Assembly: GCA_964578885.1 (NCBI GenBank)
Contig: CAZOEO010000019.1
Coordinates: 245 to 64,244 of the forward strand
Length of the DNA stretch: 64,000 bases
Source of the DNA: an uncultured Candidatus Competibacteraceae bacterium
GTDB lineage: Bacteria > Bacteroidota > Bacteroidia > CAIKAF01
Direction: 5' to 3'
Shown here: positions 29,889 through 40,698 of the stretch, piece after piece
How the letters are laid out: the number at the start of each line of letters is the position of its first letter
Position numbering within the stretch: the first letter of the stretch is position 1
Program-made: the position numbers and the translations under genes
The notes under the pieces: model-generated
Told to the model about the DNA's origin: nothing
The model's database searches: none
What the model saw: the letters and a program-made list of their open reading frames with translations, nothing else

Positions 29889-31009
29889 ACATACCAACTC
29901 GTGACACCATTTTAGCCGCCTTAGCACAAGTGCCCGATCCTGCCACCGGAAAAAATCTGGTCGACCAGGGGCGGATTCTTCGCTTAGACCTGCTGGACCA
30001 CAAAATTTTCCTGGACGTGGAAACGACACAGCCAGCCATGCACGTGAGAAAAAAATTGGAAGGCGACATCCAAAAAGCACTAGCTCCCATCTTGGGAGAA
30101 GCGTCACTTTCCTTGCACGTGATGCTAAATAGTCAGAAAAGAAAAGAGGAAAGGAAACTGCTTCCCGGCGTAAAGCATATCATTGCGGTGGCTTCGGGTA
30201 AAGGAGGCGTGGGAAAATCCACGGTCACAGTAAATCTGGCTTGTGCCCTCGCACAAATGGGACAAAAAGTAGGTATTGTAGACGCCGATATTTATGGTCC
30301 TTCCGTTCCGCTTATGATGGACACCAGATACGTCCGGCCCAAAGTGGTACAAACAGAAGATGGAAAATCGCTCATTGCACCAGTTGAAAACTACGGCATC
30401 AAAATGCTTTCTATCGGCTTTTTCGCCGGAGATGACCAGGCCGTGGTTTGGAGAGGACCCATGGCTTCCAAAGCCCTTACGCAAATGTTTACAGATGCCG
30501 ACTGGGGAGAGCTGGACTTTTTGCTGCTGGATTTACCTCCGGGAACAGGAGACATCCATTTAACCCTGGTGTCGCAAATTCCGCTAAGCGGTGCCGTCAT
30601 TGTAAGCACTCCGCAAGAAGTGGCATTGGCCGACGCCAGAAAAGGAGTGGCCATGTTCACTCTTCCTAACATCAATGTACCTGTGATTGGCCTGATTGAA
30701 AATATGGCTTGGTTCACCCCGGAAAATCATCCGGAAGAACAATACTTCATTTTCGGAAAAGATGGCGTTAAAAAATTAGCCGAAGAATTAAAATTACCAC
30801 TGCTGGGTCAAATTCCGCTCGTGCAAGGTTTAAGAGAAAGTGGCGATATCGGCTTCCCCGCAGCGTTGGTAGAAAACCATCCTGCCCGTCCGCATTTTCG
30901 TGCCCTTGGCATCAGTTTAATAGAATACATGCACTTACGAGCCCGCGCCCAGGCGCAAGCAGAACTCGCTACGCCAACACAAGGAACGACAGATCATGGA
31001 ATTAACTGA
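29885..31009 (+). CDS. apbC: Mrp/NBP35/ApbC-family iron-sulfur cluster carrier ATPase.
   Basis: N-terminal DUF59-like region plus VASGKGGVGKSTV deviant Walker A. Confidence 0.9.
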   Translation: MNIPTRDTILAALAQVPDPATGKNLVDQGRILRLDLLDHKIFLDVETTQPAMHVRKKLEGDIQKALAPILGEASLSLHVMLNSQKRKEERKLLPGVKHIIAVASGKGGVGKSTVTVNLACALAQMGQKVGIVDADIYGPSVPLMMDTRYVRPKVVQTEDGKSLIAPVENYGIKMLSIGFFAGDDQAVVWRGPMASKALTQMFTDADWGELDFLLLDLPPGTGDIHLTLVSQIPLSGAVIVSTPQEVALADARKGVAMFTLPNINVPVIGLIENMAWFTPENHPEEQYFIFGKDGVKKLAEELKLPLLGQIPLVQGLRESGDIGFPAALVENHPARPHFRALGISLIEYMHLRARAQAQAELATPTQGTTDHGIN

Positions 31010-33038
31010 TGAAGTACTCGCGCTGGCATGGCGCAAAATGAATCTGGCCGTGGCCATGGCAGACATGTATGAAACCAACCACGCCGTCACATCAAAATAT
31101 GTGCATGCGACCAGCCGGGGACACGAAGCCATTCAACTGGCCGTAGGATTACAGTTAACGCCCAAAGACTTCGTGTATCCGTATTACAGAGACGACGCCA
31201 TGTTACTGGGGCTTGGAATGGAACCCTACGATCTCATGCTGCAATTGTTCGCCAAACGAGATGATCCATTTTCCGGGGGACGAACCTATTACGCTCATCC
31301 CAGCCTGAACCAACCAGATAAACCCAAAATTCCGCACCAAAGCTCCGCGACCGGAATGCAAGCCATTCCTGCCACCGGCGCCGCGTTGGGACTAAAATAT
31401 CACGACCAGCAATCAACAGGATATCCTTCAGACGCCCTGGTCGTTTGTTCACTTGGCGACGCTTCCATTACCGAAGGGGAAGTGGCTGAAGCTTTCCAAA
31501 TGTCCATTTTAAAATCGCTGCCCATACTTTACCTGGTGCAAGACAACGAATGGGATATTTCCGCCCATGCCGAAGAATTTCGCGCCATGGATGCCACTGC
31601 ATATGCCAAAGGATTTCCCGGTCTGGAAGTACGCACCATAGATGGTACTGATTTCAGAAAATCATTTGAAACCATCCGCGAAGTGCTGGCACTCATCCGA
31701 ACCGAACGTAGACCGTTTCTGGTTCATGCGAAAGTTCCCCTGCTTAATCACCATACCTCCGGCGTTCGCAAAGAATGGTATCGCCATGATTTGGAAGAAC
31801 AAAAACAGCGAGATCCTTTACCTAAATTCAAAACTTGGCTTTTATCGCATGGTTGGAGTGAAGATTGGTGCGAAAACATCGTGAGGGAAGCACAACAACT
31901 TGTCCATCAACATTTTGAAAAAGCTAAAAATGCGCCAGATCCCGACGCGAACACCCTGATGAACCATATATTCGCCCCAACTCCGATTCAGGAGGAAAAG
32001 GGAGATAGAGCACCTGCCGGCAAAAAACCTACCGTTATGGTAGATTGTGCCCTTTTCGCCGTCCGGGAACTCATGGAAAAGCACCCGGAATGTCTGCTTT
32101 ACGGGCAAGACGTCGGCCGGAGATTAGGCGGAGTTTTCAGAGAAGCCGCTACCCTTGCCGCGCAATTTGGCGATGAACGGGTGTTTAATACGCCCATTCA
32201 GGAAGCGTTTATCATCGGTTCCACGGCCGGCATGTCGGCCACAGGTCTCAAACCCATTGTCGAAGTGCAGTTTGCAGATTATATCTGGCCGGGACTCAAT
32301 CAACTTTTTACAGAAGTAAGCCGGTCCAATTATCTTTCAAACGGAAAATGGCCGGTGAGCTGCGTGATTCGTGTGCCCATCGGTGCGTATGGTTCCGGCG
32401 GTCCATATCACTCTTCCAGCGTAGAGTCGGTCGTTATGCAGATTCGCGGTGTAAAAGTGGTCTATCCATCCAATGGCGCAGATTTAAAAGGTCTGCTGAA
32501 AGCGGCTTGGTACGACCCCAATCCTGTCGTTATTTTTGAGCATAAAGGATTGTATTGGAGTAAATTAAAAGGAACGGAAGAGGCAAAAACCATCGAACCT
32601 TCCGAAGATTATATTCTTCCTCTAGGCAAAGGCAGAATTGTTCTGGCGGCCAATCCCGACCAACAGAAAGCGACCGCCGTTGTGATTACTTATGGCATGG
32701 GCGTTCATTGGGCGCTGCAAGCCGAAAAAAAATTCCCCGGACAAATCGAGATTATCGACCTGCGCACTTTAAATCCGCTGGATCGGGACCTAATTTTCAC
32801 ACGGGTAAAAATGCACCACAGGGCTTTGGTACTTACCGAAGAACCCTTGCCGCACAGTTTTGCACAAGCTTTGGCGGGAGAAATACAGGAAGTTTGTTTC
32901 ACCCAATTAGATGCACCTGTGATGGCCATAGGATCTAAAAACACACCGGCCATTCCTCTTCAGGCTGATTTAGAAGCCGCCATGATTCCCAATCCGGAAA
33001 AATTGGCAGCGAAACTGGAGGAAATCCTAAGTTTTTAA
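30996..33038 (+). CDS. Fused 2-oxoacid dehydrogenase E1 component (alpha+beta subunits in one 680-aa TPP-dependent polypeptide).
   Basis: E1-alpha-like N-terminal half with a TPP-binding region, and an E1-beta-like C-terminal half (FNTPIQEAFIIGSTAGMSATGLKPIVEVQFADYIWPG). Confidence 0.8.
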   Translation: MELTDEVLALAWRKMNLAVAMADMYETNHAVTSKYVHATSRGHEAIQLAVGLQLTPKDFVYPYYRDDAMLLGLGMEPYDLMLQLFAKRDDPFSGGRTYYAHPSLNQPDKPKIPHQSSATGMQAIPATGAALGLKYHDQQSTGYPSDALVVCSLGDASITEGEVAEAFQMSILKSLPILYLVQDNEWDISAHAEEFRAMDATAYAKGFPGLEVRTIDGTDFRKSFETIREVLALIRTERRPFLVHAKVPLLNHHTSGVRKEWYRHDLEEQKQRDPLPKFKTWLLSHGWSEDWCENIVREAQQLVHQHFEKAKNAPDPDANTLMNHIFAPTPIQEEKGDRAPAGKKPTVMVDCALFAVRELMEKHPECLLYGQDVGRRLGGVFREAATLAAQFGDERVFNTPIQEAFIIGSTAGMSATGLKPIVEVQFADYIWPGLNQLFTEVSRSNYLSNGKWPVSCVIRVPIGAYGSGGPYHSSSVESVVMQIRGVKVVYPSNGADLKGLLKAAWYDPNPVVIFEHKGLYWSKLKGTEEAKTIEPSEDYILPLGKGRIVLAANPDQQKATAVVITYGMGVHWALQAEKKFPGQIEIIDLRTLNPLDRDLIFTRVKMHHRALVLTEEPLPHSFAQALAGEIQEVCFTQLDAPVMAIGSKNTPAIPLQADLEAAMIPNPEKLAAKLEEILSF

Positions 33039-33094
33039 GCCTTTTCCAAAATATTGTCCGATTTTTGTAAACAACACTTGAAACATTATAGCAG

Positions 33095-33838
33095 ATGAAA
33101 ACCATGCTCACCTGGCTCCTCGGAGTCCTTTTTATCCTTCCTATGCAAGCCCAAACAGAAGGTACAGGTCAGGGAAAAAAAGAAAAACCTGCCAAAGAGG
33201 CCAAAGCACCGAAAGCCCCCAAAGCCCCGAAAGCTCCCAAAGGCAAAAAAGTAAAAAGGCCAGACGGACTATACGCGGAAATCGTAACCAATAAAGGAAC
33301 CATTGTTTGTGCACTTGCTTACGACAAAGTACCCATGACGGTGGCGAATTTCGTAGGATTGGCTGAGGGAAAAATCCCAAATTCCGCTCGTACGCCAGGA
33401 CAACCTTATTATAATGGCATCAAGTTTCACAGGGTCATCAAAGACTTTATGATTCAAGGTGGCGACCCAAGCGGCAACGGAACCGGAGGCCCCGGTTATA
33501 AATTCAAAGACGAATTTCATCCCGACCTTAAACACGACAAAGCTGGCGTCCTTAGCATGGCCAACGCAGGTCCAACAACCAACGGATCTCAGTTTTTTAT
33601 TACGCACAAAGAAACACCTTGGTTAGACAATAAACATTCCGTTTTCGGACATGTAATCGAAGGACAGGAAGTGGTCAATGCGATTGAACAAGGCGACCAA
33701 ATGATTCAAATCCGCATTGTACGTGTGGGTAAAGACGCTAAAAAATTCAATGCACATCAGACTTTCCAAAGACTCAGTGGCGTAAACGGACCAGATAGCC
33801 GCCCTACCCCACCCGGTCAACAAGAACAAAAAAAATAA
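33095..33838 (+). CDS. Secreted cyclophilin-type peptidyl-prolyl cis-trans isomerase with an N-terminal (KAP)n low-complexity linker.
   Basis: Signal peptide; [15 protein letters not shown]...[13 protein letters not shown] cyclophilin core. Confidence 0.9.
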   Translation: MKTMLTWLLGVLFILPMQAQTEGTGQGKKEKPAKEAKAPKAPKAPKAPKGKKVKRPDGLYAEIVTNKGTIVCALAYDKVPMTVANFVGLAEGKIPNSARTPGQPYYNGIKFHRVIKDFMIQGGDPSGNGTGGPGYKFKDEFHPDLKHDKAGVLSMANAGPTTNGSQFFITHKETPWLDNKHSVFGHVIEGQEVVNAIEQGDQMIQIRIVRVGKDAKKFNAHQTFQRLSGVNGPDSRPTPPGQQEQKK

Positions 33839-33855
33839 GCCATCTGGCTTAGATT

Positions 33856-33896
33856 GAAAACGGATTTCTTGCAAAAGGAATCCGTTTTTTGTTGAA
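33856..33896 (+). terminator. Rho-independent terminator after the cyclophilin gene (aacggatttcttgcaaaaggaatccgtt + T-run).
   Basis: Hairpin plus ttttttgtt. Confidence 0.6.
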
Positions 33897-34330
33897 GTAA
33901 AATGACATGAAGGAAATCGGCACGGAATTCTGGAGACTGCCTTCCAAAGGTCAACACGCATTTAATGAGTAGATAGGCAAATCGGCAAAGAAAGAATCCC
34001 TACAGGAAAATAAGTTCTGCTCATCAACTAATTATGGCTGAAGAAACGAAATCAGCACCTGATTTTTAAATTCATTTTGATTGTTCAGACCTTCTGGCAT
34101 GTATAAAAAATATGATTTTCAAGAAAACGTCAGGAAATCTCATCTAAAACCTACCCTCATACAACTTCAATGAATAGGCAATGGGATGTGATTTTTCACG
34201 TGAAGACTAAGCCATTTTCCCAAACGACCTCCATTGTAAAACATTGTCCGTGTGGAAGATACAAGATATTTATTAGACCTTTTCATGGAAAACAATCAAC
34301 GACGTATCTTGCAGGCCACAAAATCATACT

Positions 34331-35101
34331 ATGGCAGAGGAAATGATGCACCTTGGAGAAGTGAACAGCTCCATTGAAAATGGCGTAGCCACTTTGACTT
34401 TTTACCATCCTAAAAGCAATTCCTTACCCGGAAAAATTTTAGCCAAACTGGCGAAAGCCATCCAGGAAGCGGGCGAAAATGAGGAGGTAAAAGTGTTGAT
34501 TCTTCAATCAAAGGGTGATGGCGCTTTCTGCGCAGGTGCATCCTTTGACGAACTTTTGGCTTTAAAATTTCCTGAAGAGGCCAAAGAATTCTTTTCCGGA
34601 TTTGCCAGAGTCATCAACGCCATACGCACCTGTCCGAAATTTGTATTGGGTCGAGTACAGGGTAAAGCGGTAGGCGGCGGCGTAGGGGTGGCCTGTGCCG
34701 TAGATTATTGTTTTGCTACCCGGCAAGCTTCCGTAAAACTCAGTGAACTGGCCGTAGGCATTGGGCCTTTTGTGGTTGGGCCTGCGGTAGATCGGAAAAT
34801 AGGAAAATCTGCTTTTTGCGATTTGGCCATCGATGCGACCAGTTGGAAAACGGCCGATTGGGCAAGGGAAAAAGGAATGTATTATCAGGTTTTCGATGAT
34901 ATAAACAGCATGGATCAGGCAATTCAATCCTTGGCGAAAAAACTGGCCAACAGCAGTCCGGACGCCATGCGCATGCTCAAAAAAACCATGTGGGAAGGTA
35001 CAGAACACTGGGATGAATTATTGAGTTCAAGAGCTGAAATGAGCGGTCAGCTGATTCTCGCTCCCACAGCCAGGGCCATTTTGGCCGGACTTGTGCAATA
35101 A
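34331..35101 (+). CDS. Enoyl-CoA hydratase/isomerase (crotonase) family protein.
   Basis: Crotonase-fold motifs (GDGAFCAGASFDEL; GKAVGGGVGVACAVDY). Confidence 0.8.
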   Translation: MAEEMMHLGEVNSSIENGVATLTFYHPKSNSLPGKILAKLAKAIQEAGENEEVKVLILQSKGDGAFCAGASFDELLALKFPEEAKEFFSGFARVINAIRTCPKFVLGRVQGKAVGGGVGVACAVDYCFATRQASVKLSELAVGIGPFVVGPAVDRKIGKSAFCDLAIDATSWKTADWAREKGMYYQVFDDINSMDQAIQSLAKKLANSSPDAMRMLKKTMWEGTEHWDELLSSRAEMSGQLILAPTARAILAGLVQ

Positions 35102-35140
35102 TCACAAGTATTTCAGGTTATTGCTTCAGATATTTTTCAA

Positions 35141-35677
35141 ATGAATATACGCTCCTTCCTGCTTTGCGGATGGTGGATGATGGCCGCGCAGGCCTACTCC
35201 CAATCCGCATGTCACGCTTTAGCTACGGGCAGTGCGATTGAAATGACTATGGTAGAAGGGACCTTTCTTTTGCCCGGATCTAAGGTGTCGGACGTAACAG
35301 CCAAGTGGGGAAATCCCGATGAAAAAATCGGAAATATCTTCATTTATCGACAACAAGGTTGTTTGGTGTATACAAACCCAGACCACTCCCAAATTATCGC
35401 AATGGTAGGTTCGTGGTTTCCCGGTTACGGAGGCTTTTCACAGCGTATTTTCGGCCTCAGTTTAGGCAGTACCTATCCCAAATGTATTTCACTGCTGGGA
35501 CAGCCCAAATGGCGAAAGCCCCTCGTGGAAAATATTGAAGAAGCATTTTGGACCTGCGGCCCTTATGAAATTCGTTGCGAAATCTGGACGCAAAATGATT
35601 ATGATCCTGATATCGGTGGCAATATTTATGCTGAAACGATCAAGAGAATTCAGGTTCAAAAACCTTGGAAACCTTAA
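35141..35677 (+). CDS. Hypothetical secreted protein (178 aa).
   Basis: Signal peptide; no family recognised. Confidence 0.4.
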   Translation: MNIRSFLLCGWWMMAAQAYSQSACHALATGSAIEMTMVEGTFLLPGSKVSDVTAKWGNPDEKIGNIFIYRQQGCLVYTNPDHSQIIAMVGSWFPGYGGFSQRIFGLSLGSTYPKCISLLGQPKWRKPLVENIEEAFWTCGPYEIRCEIWTQNDYDPDIGGNIYAETIKRIQVQKPWKP

Positions 35678-36360
35678 GTATCCGCGGAAAAATGAAAGCC
35701 CAGTCGTTTGCCGGTGCGTTGAACCAAGAGCGAACTTGTGGCCTGAATATCTGAAATAGTGACCAACTTCACATCATCGTATTGAGGAACCAGCAGGTCG
35801 AAATCCAAGGTGTACAGGACCGTAGATTCCACCACCTTCTTGGCTTCCTCGGGCGTAAGTTTAGCCTGATGAAACTGATTGTACAAAAACCCAAGCTGCC
35901 GCTTTCCTTCGACAAAATAATGCTGGTCTTTGTTGATGAAAATCCGGGCAATCAAATAGCCAATATCTCCGTCACGATTATATAAAATACTATCTGTAAG
36001 AAAGTTATACACATTAATAACAGCACAAAAAGACCTGGTTTCGTCTTCACGGAGATAACCGGTTTGCCAAACTGCATGGCTTCTTTCGAACTGAAAAATG
36101 TTGGTATGAAGCTGAAAAATGAGGGTGTCTCCGGCAATGGTGGCCACCGTTTCCCCATCTCCACGATTCACGGCGTTCAGTTTTAAAGGAAAACTCGTCT
36201 TTCCCTTCAAGTCCGATGCCAATCCATCGACCAGTTGATGTATGGCTTCCCGAATAGAACCGAAAGCGGATTTTCCCACATGATATACTTCCTGCTTAAG
36301 GACACTTTTTTCCGCAAGTACTTGCGCAATTAGTTCCCTTGGCGGCTTGCTTTCAGCCAT
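35674..36360 (-). CDS. Hypothetical protein (228 aa) immediately downstream of proS.
   Basis: ORF, sited 30 nt after the proS stop on the same strand. Confidence 0.4.
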   Translation of the reverse strand: MAESKPPRELIAQVLAEKSVLKQEVYHVGKSAFGSIREAIHQLVDGLASDLKGKTSFPLKLNAVNRGDGETVATIAGDTLIFQLHTNIFQFERSHAVWQTGYLREDETRSFCAVINVYNFLTDSILYNRDGDIGYLIARIFINKDQHYFVEGKRQLGFLYNQFHQAKLTPEEAKKVVESTVLYTLDFDLLVPQYDDVKLVTISDIQATSSLLVQRTGKRLGFHFSADT

Positions 36361-36389
36361 GAATCAGAGGTTTTGGATGAATAAAAAGG

Positions 36390-37862
36390 TTAGTAAGCCA
36401 GGGCAAAGAGCACCCTTTGACGAGAAGGCTTGCCCGTAAGAATACATGCTCCGTCTTCCAGAGGCTGATCCAATGGAATACAACGAATGGTCGCCTTTGT
36501 GCGATTTTTGATTTCTTCCTCCGTTTCAGCGGTTCCATCCCAATGAGCGGCAATAAATCCACCTTTATGTTCCAGAAGATGCACAAATTCGTCCCATGAA
36601 TTGGCTGGAGTAATATGCTCATTCCGGAAAGTTAGGGCTTTTTGGAACATGGTTTGTTGAATTTCTTCCAGCAAACCTGGTATGGTTTCTTCTATTCCGG
36701 CCAATGGCATGGTAAATTTCTGAAGGATATCCCGCCGGGCTAATTCCACCTGCCCTTTGTCCAAATCACGAGGTCCTACAGCAATGCGAAGGGGAACCCC
36801 CCGGAATTCATATTCAGAAAACTTCCAGCCTGGTTTGCGCTTATCGTCGGCGTCGAATTTCACGCGAATACCCAACTTTTTCAATGCAGCAGTAAGGGCA
36901 TCTCCTACCTCACAAACCCGCTGATATTCTTCATCGTTCTTATAAATAGGAACAATCACCACCTGGATAGGTGCCAGTTTGGGAGGAAGTACAAGTCCCT
37001 GGTCATCGGAATGCACCATGATTAAAGCACCCATCAAACGGGTGGAAACGCCCCAGCTGGTCGCCCAAACGTATTCTTGTTTTCCTTCCTTGTTGGTGAA
37101 TTTTACATCAAAAGCCTTGGCGAAATTTTGCCCAAGAAAATGTGAGGTTCCGGCCTGAAGTGCTTTTCCATCCTGCATCAATGCCTCAATACAATAAGTA
37201 TCCAGAGCACCCGCAAAACGCTCGTTGGGCGATTTCACCCCTTTGATCACAGGAATCGCCAGGACATTTTCGGCGAAATCCGCATACACCTCTAACATCT
37301 GCCGGGTTTCAGCAATGGCCTCTTCTGCTGTTGCGTGAGCGGTATGCCCTTCCTGCCAAAGGAATTCAGCAGTTCGTAAAAAAAGACGGGTACGCATTTC
37401 CCAGCGAACCACATTGGCCCACTGATTCAATAATATAGGAAGGTCCCGATAACTTTGAATCCAGTTCTTGTATGTATTCCAAATGATGGTTTCAGAAGTG
37501 GGCCGAATAATGAGTTCTTCCTCCAATTTGGCATCTTCGTCCACCACTATGCCCTGACCATTGGGATCATTTTTCAGGCGATAGTGTGTGACCACCGCAC
37601 ATTCTTTGGCAAATCCATCTACGTGGCTGGCTTCTTTCGAAAAAAAGGATTTGGGAATAAACAAGGGAAAATAAGCATTCTCATGACCCGTTTCTTTAAA
37701 CCGGGTGTCTAATGCCGCCTGCATCCTTTCCCAAATTGAAAATCCATAAGGCTTTATGACCATGCAGCCACGAACAGCACTATGTTCTGCCAACCCGGCC
37801 CGAAGAACCAAATCGTTATACCATTGTGCGTAATTTTCTTGTCTTGACGTCAGCGCTTCCAC
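36390..37862 (-). CDS. proS: Proline--tRNA ligase (archaeal/eukaryotic-like class II form).
   Basis: 490 aa; conserved ProRS N-terminus and class II motifs. Confidence 0.9.
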   Translation of the reverse strand: MEALTSRQENYAQWYNDLVLRAGLAEHSAVRGCMVIKPYGFSIWERMQAALDTRFKETGHENAYFPLFIPKSFFSKEASHVDGFAKECAVVTHYRLKNDPNGQGIVVDEDAKLEEELIIRPTSETIIWNTYKNWIQSYRDLPILLNQWANVVRWEMRTRLFLRTAEFLWQEGHTAHATAEEAIAETRQMLEVYADFAENVLAIPVIKGVKSPNERFAGALDTYCIEALMQDGKALQAGTSHFLGQNFAKAFDVKFTNKEGKQEYVWATSWGVSTRLMGALIMVHSDDQGLVLPPKLAPIQVVIVPIYKNDEEYQRVCEVGDALTAALKKLGIRVKFDADDKRKPGWKFSEYEFRGVPLRIAVGPRDLDKGQVELARRDILQKFTMPLAGIEETIPGLLEEIQQTMFQKALTFRNEHITPANSWDEFVHLLEHKGGFIAAHWDGTAETEEEIKNRTKATIRCIPLDQPLEDGACILTGKPSRQRVLFALAY

Positions 37863-37948
37863 GGGATTTATTTTAAAGTTGGTACGGTATTTGCGAATCT
37901 AAAACGGAAAAAATTTCGTTCAAAAGTACAAAACCCATCGACTTCCTC

Positions 37949-39244
37949 ATGAATCTGATTCGTCCCATGCTTCTTTTATTTGTTATCCTCCTTGGGACGG
38001 GTTGCGCTTCGACCAAAGAAACCTTTGATTTTGAGGAAGATTCCTATTTCACATTGGCCCAGGCATGGGAAACGGAAAGAAAAAGCAGGGAAATGGTCAT
38101 CTCATTGCCCACAGCCTCCACCTCCGACACCCTTTTCAATCAAAAAAAAACGGATATAAATGGCTATGCCAGAGATGAATATGGTAACATAATTATCCAG
38201 GAAGGCGATGCGCCACAAGCTTTTTCCGAAGAGCAATACCACGATTTTTCTTATGCCGCCAGGGTAAGACGATTTGGAGAAACAAGCGGCGGTTGGAATT
38301 ATTACGACCCCTACTATACCAACCACTATTGGTACGAGCCTCAACCGGCGTTTTTCGGTCAATCGATTTACACCACCTATTCCTGGTGGGGAGGCGCACC
38401 TCTCTATCCCTGGCAATCCACTTATTCCTGGTTTCAACCTTATGCATGGCATGGCAACACATGGATGCACCCGCATGGATTTTACCCGATAACAGGCTGG
38501 GGTTGGTACACGCCTCCGTTTCATCCTGGAAACCCCTTGTATTACAATTCTTTCGACATTCATTCTGTTTATAGCGGTCCCCGGAAATTCAATCGTGGGG
38601 AAAACCAAACCAGCGGCCCCGTAATCATGTCGAGGGTGGCGCCTTCGCACGGAGTAACTCCAAGACCGCGGGAACCCGTCCGTTTGAGTACCTTGCCTGT
38701 AACGCGCACTCCAGCGCCCGGAACGGATCGTAATCCGATGCTACCCAACGCCAATGGGAATCCGGTTCGTCAAACAAACCAACCAACCAGATCGAATTTC
38801 CCTACTTCTCCCGGCGTTACATCGCCCGGCCGAACCCCTTCCGCCAATCCACCGATACAGAACAGTCCGGATGCAGAAATCCTGCGACCGGGATCGCGCA
38901 CCCGCTTCGACAATAGTTCCGACAATGGAATGATTCGGGATGTCCCCACCCGCTCATCCGACAACCAGGGCATCAAAACAAATGACAACGATCCACGAAG
39001 AATTTCTCCACCATCAGACGGAGGGCGCCGAAGAGAAATTTTTCAGGAAGGTTCCAGATCTCCGAGCTGGACGCGACCAGCCACGCCACCTCAACGCAGC
39101 ACACCGGAACGCTATACTGCGCCGACACGATCCAACCCATCGCCCCAATTTTCACCACCGCCAAGACCATCGAGTCCACCACCTATGAGAAGCAGCGGCT
39201 CACCCGGTGCAAGTCCCAGAAGTTCAAGTCCACGCCCAAGATGA
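37949..39244 (+). CDS. Probable lipoprotein with a Trp/Tyr-rich core and a ~230-aa Pro/Ser/Arg/Thr-rich disordered C-terminal tail.
   Basis: Signal peptide ...LLGTGC; aromatic-rich block YSWWGGAPLYPWQSTYSWFQPYAWHGNTWMHPHGFYPITGWGWYTPPF; tail about 40% P/S/R/T. Confidence 0.55.
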   Translation: MNLIRPMLLLFVILLGTGCASTKETFDFEEDSYFTLAQAWETERKSREMVISLPTASTSDTLFNQKKTDINGYARDEYGNIIIQEGDAPQAFSEEQYHDFSYAARVRRFGETSGGWNYYDPYYTNHYWYEPQPAFFGQSIYTTYSWWGGAPLYPWQSTYSWFQPYAWHGNTWMHPHGFYPITGWGWYTPPFHPGNPLYYNSFDIHSVYSGPRKFNRGENQTSGPVIMSRVAPSHGVTPRPREPVRLSTLPVTRTPAPGTDRNPMLPNANGNPVRQTNQPTRSNFPTSPGVTSPGRTPSANPPIQNSPDAEILRPGSRTRFDNSSDNGMIRDVPTRSSDNQGIKTNDNDPRRISPPSDGGRRREIFQEGSRSPSWTRPATPPQRSTPERYTAPTRSNPSPQFSPPPRPSSPPPMRSSGSPGASPRSSSPRPR

Positions 39245-40698
39245 TACGTATTGGCTCATTATTTTTTGGCATTTTTTGCTTGCCGGCAGTCCTTTTGGGA
39301 CAGTATGAAGTGGATGCTTTGCGTTTTAGCCGCTCCACGTTGAACGGAAGCGCCAAATTCATCAGCATGGGTGGTGCCATGGGTGCCGTAGGCGCGGATT
39401 TCTCCGTCATGTCTTCCAACCCGGGCGGATTGGGGCTTTTCAGAAGTTCACAAATTTCTTTTACGCCGGGTTTTAACTTTGCCCAATCGGAAAGCCAGTT
39501 GCAAAACAACGCATATTCAGACCGGCGCTTCGCCTTTCAGTTCGGACAGGTTGGGGGTGTTTTTCATAAAAAGTTACAGCGTCCCTTGCCCATGGGAACG
39601 CAAGGATTCACCTTTGCCATCGGATACAACCGAACCCATTCTTTTAACCGAAGTCTATTTTTTGAAGGCGAAAACAACAGCCATAGCATAGGTGATCTTT
39701 TTCTTCAGCGAGCCAATGGATTACCTGTAGATCAGTTAGATGCGTTTACCGAACGACTCGGATTTGACACCTATCTGCTAGACACCCTTGGTGGAGGACA
39801 AGGCAACCAATACAGCAATCTGGGACTTTTTGCCAACGAAAACAAACTCATGTCGCGACAAATTACGGCCAAAGGATCTTCCGGTGAAATTGGTTTGGCA
39901 GGAGCAGTAAACTTAGGACACAGGCTTTATGTGGGTGCGACCTTGGGAATCGTGCGCTTAGATTATACCGAGACCAGCGAGTACCATGAACGAGATCAGC
40001 AAAATCTGGTTCCCGGTTTCAATCAAGTGATGTTTCGCGAAAACCTCATGGTAGAAGGAACAGGCATTCATGTGAAAGCCGGATTGGTTTGGCGGGTGGC
40101 CGATTGGTTCCGGGTAGGAGCGGCCATTCATTCCCCAACGTTTATGTCCCTGACCGAGCAATACAGCACCGAAATGGTGACGGATTTTGATGTGGGCTCC
40201 TATTCCAGCACTTCGCCTCGTGGAAATTTCGACTACGATTTAGATATGCCCTGGAGATGGAACGCCTCCACAGCCTTTATTATTGCCCAAAAACTCACCT
40301 TGGCCGCCGAATATGAAATGGCGGATTTCTCCAATATTTCCCTACGAAGTTCCGGTTCTTTCTTTATGCCTGTGAATCAATTCATCGACGCTAATTATGG
40401 CCTTTCGCATCATATCCGCCTCGGTGGTGAATTTCGAATTGATCCGTGGAGATTTCGCGCCGGATACCAACATGCCACCGATCCTGTAGTGCAAAATGGC
40501 GGAGTAGATCGAACCATCCAATATTTCACGGCAGGTATTGGATATCGCGCCAAAAAATGGGTGTATTTCGACGCGGCATACGTGTTGCAAAAAACACAAG
40601 GAAGCGAACGTATTTTCAGAGACTTCTCCTCTACCCTACCTGCCATTATTGAACTAAATCAGCACCTGGCACAAGTAACCCTAGGGTTTATTTTTTAA
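39241..40698 (+). CDS. Outer-membrane beta-barrel protein, FadL/OmpP1/TodX-like (485 aa), translationally coupled to the upstream lipoprotein gene by an ATGA overlap.
   Basis: Signal peptide; N-terminal SSNPGGLGLF resembling the FadL hatch NPA/NPG motif; alternating amphipathic strands; C-terminal ...LGFIF aromatic terminus. Confidence 0.55.
   Translation: MIRIGSLFFGIFCLPAVLLGQYEVDALRFSRSTLNGSAKFISMGGAMGAVGADFSVMSSNPGGLGLFRSSQISFTPGFNFAQSESQLQNNAYSDRRFAFQFGQVGGVFHKKLQRPLPMGTQGFTFAIGYNRTHSFNRSLFFEGENNSHSIGDLFLQRANGLPVDQLDAFTERLGFDTYLLDTLGGGQGNQYSNLGLFANENKLMSRQITAKGSSGEIGLAGAVNLGHRLYVGATLGIVRLDYTETSEYHERDQQNLVPGFNQVMFRENLMVEGTGIHVKAGLVWRVADWFRVGAAIHSPTFMSLTEQYSTEMVTDFDVGSYSSTSPRGNFDYDLDMPWRWNASTAFIIAQKLTLAAEYEMADFSNISLRSSGSFFMPVNQFIDANYGLSHHIRLGGEFRIDPWRFRAGYQHATDPVVQNGGVDRTIQYFTAGIGYRAKKWVYFDAAYVLQKTQGSERIFRDFSSTLPAIIELNQHLAQVTLGFIF

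Noticed and set aside
33170-33250. [13 protein letters not shown] repeat in the cyclophilin as a DNA tandem repeat.
   Set aside because: Codons differ between units (gcaccgaaa / gcccccaaa / gccccgaaa / gctcccaaa). It is protein-level low complexity, not a slippage-prone DNA repeat.
38102-39509. Several ORFs (e.g. 38102..38650 minus; 39183..39509 minus) overlapping the Pro-rich lipoprotein gene.
   Set aside because: Antisense or out-of-frame artefacts of GC-rich low-complexity coding sequence; the plus-strand gene has a signal peptide and coherent composition.
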